In this document: positions 19,845 to 29,882 of the stretch, one piece after another | How positions within the stretch are numbered: position 1 is the first letter of the stretch | Layout: each line of letters begins with the position of its first letter | Assembly (NCBI GenBank): GCA_038245295.1 | Contig: JBBRSP010000010.1 | Span: 32,001-96,000, forward strand | Direction of reading: 5' to 3' | Length of the DNA stretch: 64,000 nt | From: Candidatus Binatia bacterium | GTDB taxonomy: Bacteria; Desulfobacterota; Binatia; HRBIN30 | The notes under the pieces: generated by a model | What the model was told of the DNA's origin: nothing | Database searches by the model: none | Seen by the model: only the letters and a program-made list of their open reading frames with translations | Translations under genes and position numbers: made by a program

Positions 19845-20699
19845 CTACCACTCGGCAGGGGCGACAACCTGAGTAACGGTTTCGATGGTGATGCGACCGA
19901 GCTTGCCGTCACGGAATTCGTTGAGCAAGACAAGCGCGGCCTTGTTCAAGTCGGGAATAGCGTCCTTCAGAAGCAGGCCGCGGCGACGCGCCACCGCCGC
20001 GATGACCTCGCGTCCGTCAGCCTCCGCCGCGATCGGTCCGAAGCGCTTGTCGAGCTGCTCCGGGTAGTGCGTCATGAGGTACTGTCCAAGCGCCGTCGCC
20101 ACTTCTTGGGCATCGTACGCGTTGACGCCGAGGCTGTTGATGGCGGCGAGTTTTACGGCGCTTTCCTGGGCAATGTTTGGCCACGTCAGGCCCGGCGTAT
20201 CGACAAGCCACATCCCCTGCCCCAGGGCGTGACCCATATGCATCTTCGTGATGGCTGGTTGATCGCCGACCGCGGCGACGTGGCGTTTGAGCAATGCATT
20301 CATCAAGGTCGATTTGCCGACGTTGGGAATGCCGAGGATCATCATCCTCAGGGGCTTGGCGGCGGTGGCGCGCTGACGCGCCAGCAACCGCGCCTCGCTC
20401 GCTATGCGGTTGGCATCGCCGGGCTTCTTTGCCGAGATCGCAATGGCCCTGTCCCCCGGCTGGGCGTTGTAGTGATCGAGCCATGACCGCGTGCGCTCCG
20501 GGTCAGCCAAATCGCTCTTGTTGAGGACCTTCAGGGCCGGCCGCCGGTTCCGTTTGCGCAACGCTTCGATGACCGGATTGCAGCTGGCGTGCGGCGCGCG
20601 CGCGTCGAGTACTTCGATGACAACGTCGGTCTTGCTCATGGCCGCGACCGCATCCTTGCGGGCGGTGACCATATGACCGGGGTACCAGGAGATAGGCAT
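19845..20699 (-). CDS. ylqF: Ribosome biogenesis GTPase YlqF/RbgA
   Basis: Motifs ISWYPGHM, DARAP, NKSD, GIPNVGKS and DTPG (circularly permuted GTPase). Confidence 0.95.
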   Translation of the reverse strand: MPISWYPGHMVTARKDAVAAMSKTDVVIEVLDARAPHASCNPVIEALRKRNRRPALKVLNKSDLADPERTRSWLDHYNAQPGDRAIAISAKKPGDANRIASEARLLARQRATAAKPLRMMILGIPNVGKSTLMNALLKRHVAAVGDQPAITKMHMGHALGQGMWLVDTPGLTWPNIAQESAVKLAAINSLGVNAYDAQEVATALGQYLMTHYPEQLDKRFGPIAAEADGREVIAAVARRRGLLLKDAIPDLNKAALVLLNEFRDGKLGRITIETVTQVVAPAEW

Positions 20700-20980
20700 C
20701 GGCGAAGCGCCTCACGACCGAACAGTCAGTGGCGACATCATAACCGGCGTGGCCTCGACCATTGGAGGACCAGACCCGAGGATCTCAACTGGCTCGCGAT
20801 GGTGTCGATGTCCATGTCGCACGCGTAGCACACGGGTACCCCCGGGGCTTGGGGGTTGTGTGCCTTGTACGGGAGCGTCGATCTCGGGTGGTCTTCGATT
20901 GTTCCCGCCAGGTCCGCGTCTCCGAGTCCTCCCATCGTGAAGCCTCGCATCCGACATCCTCGTTGGGCTAGGATTCTCCC

Positions 20981-22198
20981 ATGGCCTACATCGAAGATCG
21001 CGTCGTTCACGACGCCGACGCGCACGTCATGGAGACACCCTTCTGGTTGCGTGACCATGCCGATCCGGCGATTCGCGACCGCATCGCGCCGCCCGGCTAC
21101 GTCAATGAGCTCAAACAGAGCGGTGAATCGGCGCAGCAAGCTGCCGAGATCGAGGCAGTCTTCGCTCGTGTCGCCGCGAAGCACGCCTCGGACGAGTACC
21201 GCGCCGGCGACGCGGCAGAGATCATGCAACGCAAGAACTTCGCTGCCACCGGCTCCTTTGTTGCTGCCGATCGCCCGCGTGCCCTCGACCTCCTTGGCGT
21301 CCGAAGCCAGCTCGTCTTCAACACCTTCCACAACCGGCGCCTGCACGACTGGGAGCACGCCGATGATCTGGACTTTGCCTACGGTGTGGCGCGCGCCCAC
21401 AACCGCGCCATGCTCGAGTTCTGTCGCGCCGACGCGCGACTCTTGCCGACTCTTTACGTGCCGCTCGCCGATTTCGACCGCGCCCGAGCGATGGCGCGCG
21501 AGTCGATCGAGATGGGAGCGGCGGCATTGCTCATCGCCTCGGGCTGTCCCAAGAAGCATTCTCCTAGCCACATCGGGCTCGATCCAACTTGGGCCGTGGC
21601 CCAAGAAGCCGGGATTCCGATCGTCTTTCACGTCGGTGGCACCGGCGCGCTGATCGACCCAAACTATTTTCACAACGGTCTGCCGATCCCGCCCGACTTC
21701 CATGGCGGCGAGGAGAACTTCCGCTCGGTGGACTACATGGGGATTCCCGGCCCGCCGATGCAGACACTCGCGACGATGATCTTCGACGGTGTGCTCGAAC
21801 GTTTCCCGGAGCTGCGAATTGGCGTCATCGAGCAGGGTGCGATCTGGTTGCCTAGTTGGATCCGCCAGATGGAATCGGCCGTCGAGGCCTTCGGCCGCCA
21901 CGAGGAGCGGCTAGGTAAGCTGTCGTTGCGGCCGACAGAGTACGTGCAGCGGCAGATCCGCGTCACGCCGTATCCGACCGAGGATGTCGGCTGGATTACG
22001 GCGCAGATCGGTCCCGACATCTGCATGTTTTCCACCGACTTTCCGCATGTCGAAGGCGGACGCCGGCCGCTCGAGCGCTTCGAGCGCAGCCTCGGTGACG
22101 CGTCGGCCGCGGTGCGCGAACGATTCTACGCCGACAACTTTATCGACCTGATGGGCCGCGGCCTGCCGGGAGATCTGGTTACATCTCGATCTTCATAG
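20981..22198 (+). CDS. Amidohydrolase_2-family metal-dependent hydrolase
   Basis: Motifs DADAHVME, FHVGG, GVLERFPELR..EQGA and FSTDFPHVEG. Confidence 0.88.
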   Translation: MAYIEDRVVHDADAHVMETPFWLRDHADPAIRDRIAPPGYVNELKQSGESAQQAAEIEAVFARVAAKHASDEYRAGDAAEIMQRKNFAATGSFVAADRPRALDLLGVRSQLVFNTFHNRRLHDWEHADDLDFAYGVARAHNRAMLEFCRADARLLPTLYVPLADFDRARAMARESIEMGAAALLIASGCPKKHSPSHIGLDPTWAVAQEAGIPIVFHVGGTGALIDPNYFHNGLPIPPDFHGGEENFRSVDYMGIPGPPMQTLATMIFDGVLERFPELRIGVIEQGAIWLPSWIRQMESAVEAFGRHEERLGKLSLRPTEYVQRQIRVTPYPTEDVGWITAQIGPDICMFSTDFPHVEGGRRPLERFERSLGDASAAVRERFYADNFIDLMGRGLPGDLVTSRSS

Positions 22199-22295
22199 AG
22201 GGGATCGGTCCACGACTGGCAACCGAGGCGGGGGATCCCGGGGGGCATAGTGATCAAGTTTTCCAACGCCGCGAGCAACACCGCATGGCTCCAGA

Positions 22296-22409
22296 GGCGG
22301 CAAGAAGGACACCCATCTCCGCCCGGCGACAGTCACGGAGCGGTGCGCTGATCCAGTGCGCTGAGCTCACGGCAAAATCGCCGAGTCTTGTGCGTGGCGT
22401 GGGACACCC
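22296..22409. repeat. GGACACCCA element, subtype B
   Basis: ~100 bp inverted homolog of 26985-27089. Confidence 0.75.
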
Positions 22410-22456
22410 TTCGTAAAGCCAACCTACCCACGCACGCCGATCGCGTACGAAGCAGC

Positions 22457-22597
22457 GGACCCAGGGACACCCACCCGTGAACGGCATCGTTACTTGTTGG
22501 TTTATCAAACAGTTGGGCCGATCACCGCGGGAAAGTGTTGTCCTCGACGCGGGTGGGTGTCCTCCATCGCCACTCGGGTGGGTGTCCTCCATCGCCA
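22457..22597. repeat. GGACACCCA element, subtype A, with duplicated right end
   Basis: 13-bp inverted repeat GGACACCCACCCG (22465) / CGGGTGGGTGTCC (22550), with an extra right arm at ~22575. Homolog at 29883-30025. Confidence 0.8.
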
Positions 22598-22619
22598 CTG
22601 CGCGCCACGCGGCGGGTTG

Positions 22620-23170
22620 TCCTCGCTACCCATCGGCACCGAGCCCTCGCGAGCGTTGACCAGGTCGAACCACAGGACGATGCGCTCGCCGGAGGTGCCA
22701 TACACTTCACGGCGTTTGAGGGCGTCCCAAATCGCGTTGCGGTCCCGACCGGCGCTGTGCACCGCAACGAGGCCACCGGTCATGAAGTAGTTGGCTTGGC
22801 GCTCGAAGTCCCACAGCGGCAACGGCAACACGCCCGTCATTGCGTGCTGAGCCATGGTCAGCGGCACCGACTCTGGCGCCGGCGCCGTCTCTGGGCGCAG
22901 CAGTTGGCGCAGCGCCGCGTCGCGCGGGCCGGCGTGTTCGGTCATATCGCGCCGGTCGTATTCCTTGTAGCCGGTGCCGGGACGCGCGGTGTGATTGTCG
23001 CTGGAGCCGATGAACCCGAAGCGGAAGCGCAACGGTTCCGCGCCGCTCGTGTCGAAGTGACCGATGGCGAGCGCGCGCTGCGCCGAGTTGCCGGGGCGCA
23101 GGCTGAAGGCCGGCTTGAAGCAGTCGCGGCATTGGCCGCAGTCCAGCCAATCCTGTGCGTTGGCGCCAGA
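22620..23170 (-). pseudogene. Internal fragment of a DUF3604-family protein
   Basis: Motifs FGFIGSSDNHTARPG, GGLVAVH..RNAIWDALKRREVYGTSGERI and VPMGSE. Both ends are missing, and the 3' side ends at the repeat. Confidence 0.75.
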
Positions 23171-23229
23171 GCATCCGATCTTGCCTAGCGATCCGTTGCT
23201 ACGACCATCCTCGGCTTGCCGGTGCACCT

Positions 23230-23418
23230 CCGCGTCATCAACAGCTACTGGGCGAGCAGCAGCGGGTGCGCGACGCCTATCAAGCCGTGCCGGCGCCTGA
23301 CCGCCCCCGTGTCGACCGCTTCCTTGCCGACATCGGCTGCGCAGGTTTGTTCGAAACAGCCGCCGCGTGGCGCGTGAAGAAGAACGCGGACGGGTGGCTC
23401 GCTGTGTACCGCGCGTAA
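23230..23418 (+). pseudogene. Probable orphan 3' gene fragment
   Basis: Protein-like tail (RVRDAYQAVP..DRFLADIGCAGLF) with no plausible start. Confidence 0.3.
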
Positions 23419-23422
23419 CTAG

Positions 23423-26400
23423 TTAGTTACACTGAATCGTTGTCGACGTCGTACTGACTCGGTCGACGCAGCGCGAGTACGTCACTTCCGCACGGTAGCC
23501 CGAAGCATCGGTCACGACGAGCGTTAGCGGTGCGATCAACGTTGGGAATACAGGGGGGGTCAGATTGACGTGCAGCTTGGCCCGCAGCGTCGTGATTCCA
23601 TCTTTGCCGTAGGCGAAGACCATGCGGTCGGCATGATTCGCCGCCGACTGAGTGCGGCAGAACGAGTCGACTCCACCCGGGCAGCCCCTGCCTTGCGTCA
23701 ACGGTACCCCCGGTATTGAGGTGAACAGATCGACTCCCGCGGAGTCGGTGACGACGATATCGATGGGCGCCTGGATAACCGAACCGTTGTTGGGAGGAAG
23801 ATAACAGCCCGGTGGCGGCGGGCAGCTCGTGGCCGACATCTGCAGCTGGAAGCTACTCGGATCCTTCTTGTAGGCGATCAGCTTTAGCGACCTCGCACCG
23901 GTGCACGGACCGACCACCGGAGGGTGAGTTGCCGTGGGTGCCGCTGGGGCAGTTGCCGTGGCGGTTCGCGTCGCCACACCAGGGGTGAGGGTTCGCGCCA
24001 TGGTAGGCGTAGCGGTGCCCACACCACTCGACCCTCCGCCTGAACCCGTACGCGTCGGCGTGATTGTCGGGGTAGGCGCGTTCGAGTTGGGCAGACCACC
24101 GACTACATTGGTCGCATCGCTGGCGCTGTCATTCGACCGATTGAGATCGCCGGCTGTTGCGACCACCGCCCTATTGATGACCGCCTCCTGCGCCTGGTTC
24201 GAGACACGCACGGTCAACGTCAGGAACGTTACTGCCTTCGGTTGCAATATGATCGAGCTGACGCAAGTCGTGACTTGCCCCGCGGCGCTGCAGAGAAATC
24301 CGCCTCCGGTATTGCTGACGAAGGCGAACCCAACCGGCAACGTATCGGTAACAATGATTGATCCGTTCGTGGGTCCGTCTCCGACGTTGGTGACAGAGAT
24401 CGTGTAGATCCCGGTCTGGCCAACTCGCAGTGAACCGGAATGCTGTTTCACAATCTTGAGGTCTGGAGATGAGAGAGGTGTCCGGGTCGACGTGGCGCTG
24501 GGTGCGACACGCACCGTCGGCGTAGCCGTGGTTGTGGGAGTTGCGGTTGGAGTCGCCGTGGCAGTGTTGGTGCCGGTCGCCGTTTGCGTCGCCGTTTGTG
24601 TGATCGTCGGAGCCTGCGTCGCTGTCGTTGTGACGGTAGCTGTTTGGGTCGGAGTGTCGGTCAGCGTCGGGGGCGGCGTCTGGGTGATCGTCGGCGTCAC
24701 CGTCGCGGTTTGCGTCGCTGTATTGGCGACCGTGGGAGTCCGTGTCGGAGTTTGAGTGATCGTCGAGGTCTGAGTCGGCGTATCCGTCGGCGTGTTGGTC
24801 GCCGTGTCGGTCACCGTCGGGGTGGCCGTCGCGGTCGAGGTCGGTGAGTTAGTGGCCGTTGACGTCGGCGTCGCCTTACTCGTGGAAGTCGGGGTCGCGG
24901 TGCTCGTGACAGTCGCCGTTTGCGTCGGCGTGTTCGTGATCGTCGGCGTCTGAGTCGGTGTACGCGTGGCCGTGCTGGTCGGAGTCTGCGTCGGCGTATC
25001 CGTAGCCGTGCTCGTCGGCGTGCTCGTGTCGGTCACGGTAGGTGTGGCCGTCGGAGTATTGGTGATCGTCGCCGTTTGCGTCGGCGTATCGGTCACCGTG
25101 GGCGTAATCGTCGGCGTCTGAGTCGGCGTTTCGGTGGCCGTACTCGTCGGCGTGATGGTCGCCGTGTCGGTCACCGTAGGCGTGGCCGTCGCGGTCGAGG
25201 TCGGTGAGTTGGTGGCCGTCGACGTCGGCGTTTGAGTCGGGGTGTTCGTGGGCGTCGACGTAGCCGTCGAGGTTGGCGTGGCCGTCACGGTCGGCGTCGA
25301 CGTCGGCGTTTGAGTCGGAGTGGTCGTTGGCGTCGACGTAGGCGTCGAGGTTGGGGTGGCCGTCACGGTCGGCGTCGACGTCGGGGTTTGAGTCGGGGTG
25401 TTCGTTGGCGTCGACGTAGCCGTCGAGGTTGGCGTGGCCGTCACGGTCGGCGTCGACGTCGGGGTTTGAGTCGGGGTGTTCGATGGCGTCGACGTAGCCG
25501 TCGAGGTTGGCGTGGCCGTCACGGTCGGCGTCGACGTCGGCGAATTGGTCGCCGTACTGGTCGGTGTCTGCGTCGGAGTTTGCGTAATCGTCGGCGTCTG
25601 AGTCGGTGTACGCGTGGCCGTGCCGGTTGGTGTCCGCGTCGGCGTCTGGGTCAGCGTCGGCGTTTGCGTCGGCGTGTTCGTCACGGTCGGCGTCGACGTC
25701 GGGGTGTTCGTCGCGGTCGCGGTCGCTGTGGACGTCGGCGTGCTCGTCGGCGTGGATGTTGGCGTTCCGGTTGGCGTGTTCGTGGCGGTCACGGTCGGCG
25801 TCGATGTCGGTGTATTGGTTGCAGTGTTGGTCGGTGTTTGCGTCGGAGTATTGGTGACCGTGGAGGTCCGCGTCGGAGTCTGCGTAATGGTCGCCGTCTG
25901 ACTCGGCGTGTTCGTCGGCGAATTCGTCGCCGTGCTGGTCGACGTCTGTGTTGGAGTCCGCGTGTTGGTAACGGTCGGCGTTGACGTTGCCGTAGTTGTG
26001 GGGGTCTGGGTAGGCGTGCTTGTGATGGTCGCGGTCTGCGTCGGAGTATTGGTGACAGTGGGCGTCCGTGTCGGTGTCTGAGTCGGCGTACGTGTCGATG
26101 TCTGTGTTGGAGTCTGGGTGATCGTTGCCGTCTGCGTCGGCGTACTTGTCGGTGTGTTGCTTATCGTCGACGTGGAGGTCGGCGAATTGGTCGCCGTGCT
26201 GGTCGGCGTCCGCGTTTGAGTCAGCGTCGGTGTCTGAGTCGGCGTACCCGTCGACGTGGTGGTCGGTGTCTGTGTTGGGGTCGGCGTGGTCGTCGCGGTC
26301 TGCGTCGGAGTACCGGTGACCGTGGGGGTCCGCGTCGGGGTCTGCGAAATCGTCGGCGTCTGCGTCGGTGTGCTCGTCCGCGTAGAGCTCGGCGAATTGG

Positions 26401-26713
26401 TCGCCGTACCTGTCGGCGTCCGCGTTGGAGTCCGGGTGATCGTCGCTGTCCGAGTCGGTGTCGGGCTGAGGAAGTTGCCGCCGCAGCCAGTAGCGCAAGT
26501 GTTCCCAGCGCCACCGTGGAAGCTGGCTGTACCGCAGCCAGCGGCGGTACAGCCGCTCGTGCATTGGGAATTGCCGCCGGCGACGTCAATGCACATCGGG
26601 CCCGCGGCGCACGCCGAGCATACGCAGCATCCCGCACCCAATGCGACCTGAGGTGCAAGGGAGCCGAGGATCGACGCGACCACGATGACAAGCAACCAGC
26701 GGTGCAGGTTCAT
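23423..26713 (-). CDS. Secreted mucin-like surface protein: Cys-rich N-domain, ~650-aa Thr/Pro stalk, DUF11-like domain, Cys-terminated C-domain
   Basis: Signal peptide [12 protein letters not shown], then GCCVCSAC and TPT repeats. [20 protein letters not shown] follows. The C-domain is shared with 42260-52303. Confidence 0.85.
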   Translation of the reverse strand: MNLHRWLLVIVVASILGSLAPQVALGAGCCVCSACAAGPMCIDVAGGNSQCTSGCTAAGCGTASFHGGAGNTCATGCGGNFLSPTPTRTATITRTPTRTPTGTATNSPSSTRTSTPTQTPTISQTPTRTPTVTGTPTQTATTTPTPTQTPTTTSTGTPTQTPTLTQTRTPTSTATNSPTSTSTISNTPTSTPTQTATITQTPTQTSTRTPTQTPTRTPTVTNTPTQTATITSTPTQTPTTTATSTPTVTNTRTPTQTSTSTATNSPTNTPSQTATITQTPTRTSTVTNTPTQTPTNTATNTPTSTPTVTATNTPTGTPTSTPTSTPTSTATATATNTPTSTPTVTNTPTQTPTLTQTPTRTPTGTATRTPTQTPTITQTPTQTPTSTATNSPTSTPTVTATPTSTATSTPSNTPTQTPTSTPTVTATPTSTATSTPTNTPTQTPTSTPTVTATPTSTPTSTPTTTPTQTPTSTPTVTATPTSTATSTPTNTPTQTPTSTATNSPTSTATATPTVTDTATITPTSTATETPTQTPTITPTVTDTPTQTATITNTPTATPTVTDTSTPTSTATDTPTQTPTSTATRTPTQTPTITNTPTQTATVTSTATPTSTSKATPTSTATNSPTSTATATPTVTDTATNTPTDTPTQTSTITQTPTRTPTVANTATQTATVTPTITQTPPPTLTDTPTQTATVTTTATQAPTITQTATQTATGTNTATATPTATPTTTATPTVRVAPSATSTRTPLSSPDLKIVKQHSGSLRVGQTGIYTISVTNVGDGPTNGSIIVTDTLPVGFAFVSNTGGGFLCSAAGQVTTCVSSIILQPKAVTFLTLTVRVSNQAQEAVINRAVVATAGDLNRSNDSASDATNVVGGLPNSNAPTPTITPTRTGSGGGSSGVGTATPTMARTLTPGVATRTATATAPAAPTATHPPVVGPCTGARSLKLIAYKKDPSSFQLQMSATSCPPPPGCYLPPNNGSVIQAPIDIVVTDSAGVDLFTSIPGVPLTQGRGCPGGVDSFCRTQSAANHADRMVFAYGKDGITTLRAKLHVNLTPPVFPTLIAPLTLVVTDASGYRAEVTYSRCVDRVSTTSTTIQCN
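25253..25540. repeat. 78-bp (26-aa) near-perfect tandem repeat in the Thr/Pro stalk
   Basis: CGTCGACGTA recurs at 25253, 25331, 25409 and 25487. Confidence 0.8.
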
Positions 26714-26984
26714 CGGGCCCACTCGGCTGCCAAGCCACGGTCGCTGCAGCTTGTGGGAAATGTTCTCCGGTGCCTCGCGGCACCAGGGGAACTCCGGTAA
26801 AAGATAGTGAAAACCCCGAGAGGACCACCCCTGATATGGGGCCTTCCCCTTAAAGTAAGACAACTCCCCTAGCGTAGCAGCGTGCTACGCACTTTAAGGC
26901 CCGGAGTAGTACGCGCGTGTTTCTACCCGCTCAGGTCATTCTGCGCTCGGCCTCGAGGCCGGATCGATTCAGCGAGCGCCTGTT

Positions 26985-27089
26985 GGACACCCACAAGACT
27001 CGGCGATTGCGCCGTGAGATCAGCCCCTTGGATCAGCGCACCGCTCAGCGACTGTCGCTGGGGGGAAATGGGTGTCCTTGTTGCCGCCT
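26985..27089. repeat. GGACACCCA element, subtype B
   Basis: GGACACCCA...TGGGTGTCC arms; inverted homolog of 22296-22392. Confidence 0.75.
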
Positions 27090-27336
27090 CCCCATCGATT
27101 GGATGACACGTGGTCAATCCGATCAGCATTGTCACTGTCACCGAATGGTCCGAATAGTTCCCGCGTCCCCTAAATCGGGCTGAAGGCTCGAATCATGCAC
27201 TGTCGACCCGTATACGGCCTAGACACCCAAGTACTACTCGGCGGCGCCGAGCGTGACTGTCCTATCAGGCGGGGCCGCTCACTGGCGGGCAGGTGCGACT
27301 GTCCGCTGCGTTCGTTCGTTTGGCGGGGCCGACGGT

Positions 27337-27747
27337 TTAGCGCTTTAGGAGATCAGCACCGTTCGGTGCGTCCCAGGCGATCACGACACCGGTTGCCGAA
27401 ACACCCTGCTGAGAGTAGCCGAAGATGCTGCCATATCCTTCACTCCCCAGCTTGCCAACCACGATGGCGTCGCCGCCGTGTTCACAGGCGCAACGCTTGA
27501 GCTCGACTACAGCATCCGGCGTCTTGTCAGATATGGCCCCTCCACCGGTCGCTGTCGCGGTACAAAGCCCAAGCTCCGAGTAGGAGTCGGCCGGCGGCAA
27601 TGCGGTCAACACGCGGATGTCGCAGGTCAGCGGCTTTGGGGATCGCTTCGCTTGCATCATCCCGCTCGCGATGAAGCCGTGCTTGGCCTTGAAGCAGCCA
27701 GATGAAAACGCCATCGCAAGGGCGACGGCAACAGCCGTTGATCGCAT
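27337..27747 (-). CDS. Small lipoprotein (possibly YbjQ-like fold)
   Basis: Lipobox SSGC; motif YSELG..ELKRCACEHGGDAIVV. Confidence 0.65.
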   Translation of the reverse strand: MRSTAVAVALAMAFSSGCFKAKHGFIASGMMQAKRSPKPLTCDIRVLTALPPADSYSELGLCTATATGGGAISDKTPDAVVELKRCACEHGGDAIVVGKLGSEGYGSIFGYSQQGVSATGVVIAWDAPNGADLLKR

Positions 27748-27752
27748 GTTAG

Positions 27753-28322
27753 CTAGTCGCCCATGTCCCGCAGTGCCTTCTGGGTTTCTTTATCGTACAC
27801 GTCTTGTGAAATGAGTTTGCGATTATAGAGATCGCGCAGGGTCGTCAGCTTTTCGGCGAGCTTCTGAGTCTTGGTGACGTCCTGCCCGGCGCTTCCTGCT
27901 TGATTGCGGTCACCGACGATCTGGTTGACCGTGATGCCTGCAGGGGCTGGAGACTTTTGTCGCGTTGCCGTCTCGCAGTCGCCGCCATTCAAAGGTGTGT
28001 CGATGGGTGGAAAATAGTATGGCCCACGAAAGATTGCGACAATGCCGAGGGTGAAAATGTATCCGGCGATTCGTCCTCCCGCTACGCGTGTTGTCAACAT
28101 ACCCTCGGCAGAATCGCAGTTGCGATACTCCACACGCCAAGGGTGGGGTGAAGTCACTTTGTCGCGCGGAATTGCGACGGTGGCAGGCGTGGTCCCGATG
28201 AACTGGTCATCGACATAAGCCTTGGCGCCGGGCGGATACGACTTGATCATCGCTTCCTCTGCGCAGCCGGACAAACAGCATGCGTACGCGACGCACACTA
28301 TCCAATGTGCAGTTTTTCTCAT
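27753..28322 (-). CDS. Lipoprotein with PEGA-like and C-terminal SHOCT-like domains
   Basis: Lipobox LSGC; motifs IKSYPPGAKAYVDDQFIGTTP and KLTTLRDLYNRKLISQDVYD. Confidence 0.75.
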   Translation of the reverse strand: MRKTAHWIVCVAYACCLSGCAEEAMIKSYPPGAKAYVDDQFIGTTPATVAIPRDKVTSPHPWRVEYRNCDSAEGMLTTRVAGGRIAGYIFTLGIVAIFRGPYYFPPIDTPLNGGDCETATRQKSPAPAGITVNQIVGDRNQAGSAGQDVTKTQKLAEKLTTLRDLYNRKLISQDVYDKETQKALRDMGD

Positions 28323-28389
28323 TCGTCCCCCTGCCTACTCTCGTACATCGTAACCCGCATGATTGAAAGCAACACGAGCCCTCTACCGT

Positions 28390-28600
28390 GGGACTACGGA
28401 GGACACCCTACGGAGGGAGACTACGGAGGAGACTATGGAGAACACCCACACCCCGCGCCGACGGCACCGCCTTCCCACCGAGGTTGCCCAACCACGCAGC
28501 CAACCATAGAAACGACGCCGTTCACGGGTGGGTGTCCTCCATCGCCTCCCCCGTGGCGAAGTGTTGTCTTCGGCTCGGGTGGGTGTCCTCCATCGCCCTC
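28390..28600. repeat. Cluster of GGACACCCA-element arms and short ACTACGGAGG repeats
   Basis: GGACACCC at 28401; CGGGTGGGTGTCCTCCATCGCC at 28525 and 28576. Confidence 0.75.
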
Positions 28601-28601
28601 C

Positions 28602-28872
28602 CGACGAGATCGCCAATGTCCTCGCGCCGCGGCACCGGCGCGGCGTGAAGCGTTGCGGGTAGCAAAACCAACCCAGCGAGCAACGCCACGGCGACCGCAA
28701 TGATTAGGGTGCCCCGGACAAGGTCGCCGTGCGAACGAGACCAGATTGTTTGGCGCCGACCAGCATCGTCGGCAACCACTTCAACGTGTACCAACAGTGG
28801 GTGTGCGTAGGTGTTTTCGACTGCGGCTTCCGCCATGATGAGCCCCCGTATCAGGCATCTGTTTCCGGCGCG
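28602..28872 (-). pseudogene. 5' fragment plus leader of a paralog of the C45 peptidase
   Basis: Colinear with 8670-8939 (AAPVPRREDIGDLV conserved); cut at the repeat. Confidence 0.85.
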
Positions 28873-29135
28873 TCCATAATCCACGCCAATTCCCCGGTGC
28901 ATTCCGACGCACCAGAGAGGGTAGTTGACGGCGTCAGGTTCGCGCGTCATGGCCGCACGCTAGCTTCCCAGCATGAGCGGATACCACTGGTGCCCTCTCC
29001 CGGCTCGAACGGTCCGGCAACATCTGGGAGAGGGTTAGGGTCAATGTCGTCAAGTTAGCGAGAGAAGTGCGTCGTCCCGGCCTCCGAGTCTGTCGACTTT
29101 CTCTGATTCATCATTTGAAGCAGCGCAAACACCTC

Positions 29136-29216
29136 CGTCATACCGGCGAAAGCCGGTATCTCCCCAGCATTCTCGGCCTTCCACTCGAGGAGATCCCGGC
29201 TTTCGCCGGGATGACG
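29136..29216. repeat. CGTC-type REP doublet
   Basis: CGTCATACCGGCGAAAGCCGGTATCTC ... GAGATCCCGGCTTTCGCCGGGATGACG. Confidence 0.8.
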
Positions 29217-29232
29217 TGGCGTCATTTCAGTT

Positions 29233-29450
29233 GCCGGGCGTGTTCTTCGGATCCTGGTCGAAGAGGGTGTAGACGACGGGAACAACCAGCAACGTCAACA
29301 GCGTCGACGTCACCAGGCCACCGATCGAGATGACACCGATCGCGTTGCGCCACTCGGAGCCGTCGCCGCTGCCAAACCCATCTCGTACGGTGACGGATCA
29401 ATCTGGAACAATGGCGCGGCTGTCCCATCCGTCGCTGGGAATCGCCGCGG
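29233..29450. pseudogene. Patchwork remnant of an RND/MFP operon paralog
   Basis: Four pieces match 13088-13112 (inverted), 9193-9308, 13014-13059 and 13447-13470 (inverted). Confidence 0.85.
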
Positions 29451-29504
29451 GCGACGCGGGCGTCCGCCATCGCCCCCCGAGGAGAAGCGACAGCCTCAAG
29501 ATAA

Positions 29505-29571
29505 CGCGCCAGCCGCGATTCGAACGCGGGACCTACGGCTTAGAAGGCCGTTGCTCTATCCACCCGGGCTA
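29505..29571 (-). pseudogene. tRNA-Arg(TCT) remnant lacking a pairing 5' acceptor strand
   Basis: Reads GGATAGAGC-A-ACGGC CTTCTAA GCCGT-AGGTC-CCGCG TTCGAAT CGCGG-CTGGCGCG. The 5' side reads CTCTCCC where GCGCCAG is needed. Confidence 0.8.
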
Positions 29572-29607
29572 GGGAGAGAGCTGTGCCTGCGATCCCGACG
29601 GAGTCAG

Positions 29608-29877
29608 CCGCCGATTTCTGGTTGGCGGCGCCACGTGGAATTGGTAGCAACGGACCGCGCCTAAGCATCGGCGGGAGGCGCGGGACTGGGAGGTATTGAT
29701 GAGCAACGCCAATGCTGCGGGTACGCTGCGGTCGAAGGGTCAGGTCGGGGTCGACCCATACTCGATTGCGCTCGACAATATCGATGTATCGGACTCCGAG
29801 CTGTTCGAGACCGACACCCACTGGGGCTATTTCGAGCGTCTGCGCAACGAAGACCCGGTCCACTACTGCGCCGCCAG
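29608..29877 (+). pseudogene. Duplicate of the P450 leader and first ~60 codons
   Basis: 270-bp direct repeat of 32192-32461 with about 10 substitutions by eye; ends at the GGACACCCA element. Confidence 0.9.
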
Positions 29878-29882
29878 AGGGA

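Noticed and set aside
24876..26564. 562-aa Asp/Ala/His-rich ORF
   Set aside because: Alternative frame of the Thr/Pro repeat stalk.
29505..29580. Functional tRNA-Arg
   Set aside because: The acceptor stem cannot pair and no CCA is encoded; reported as a remnant.
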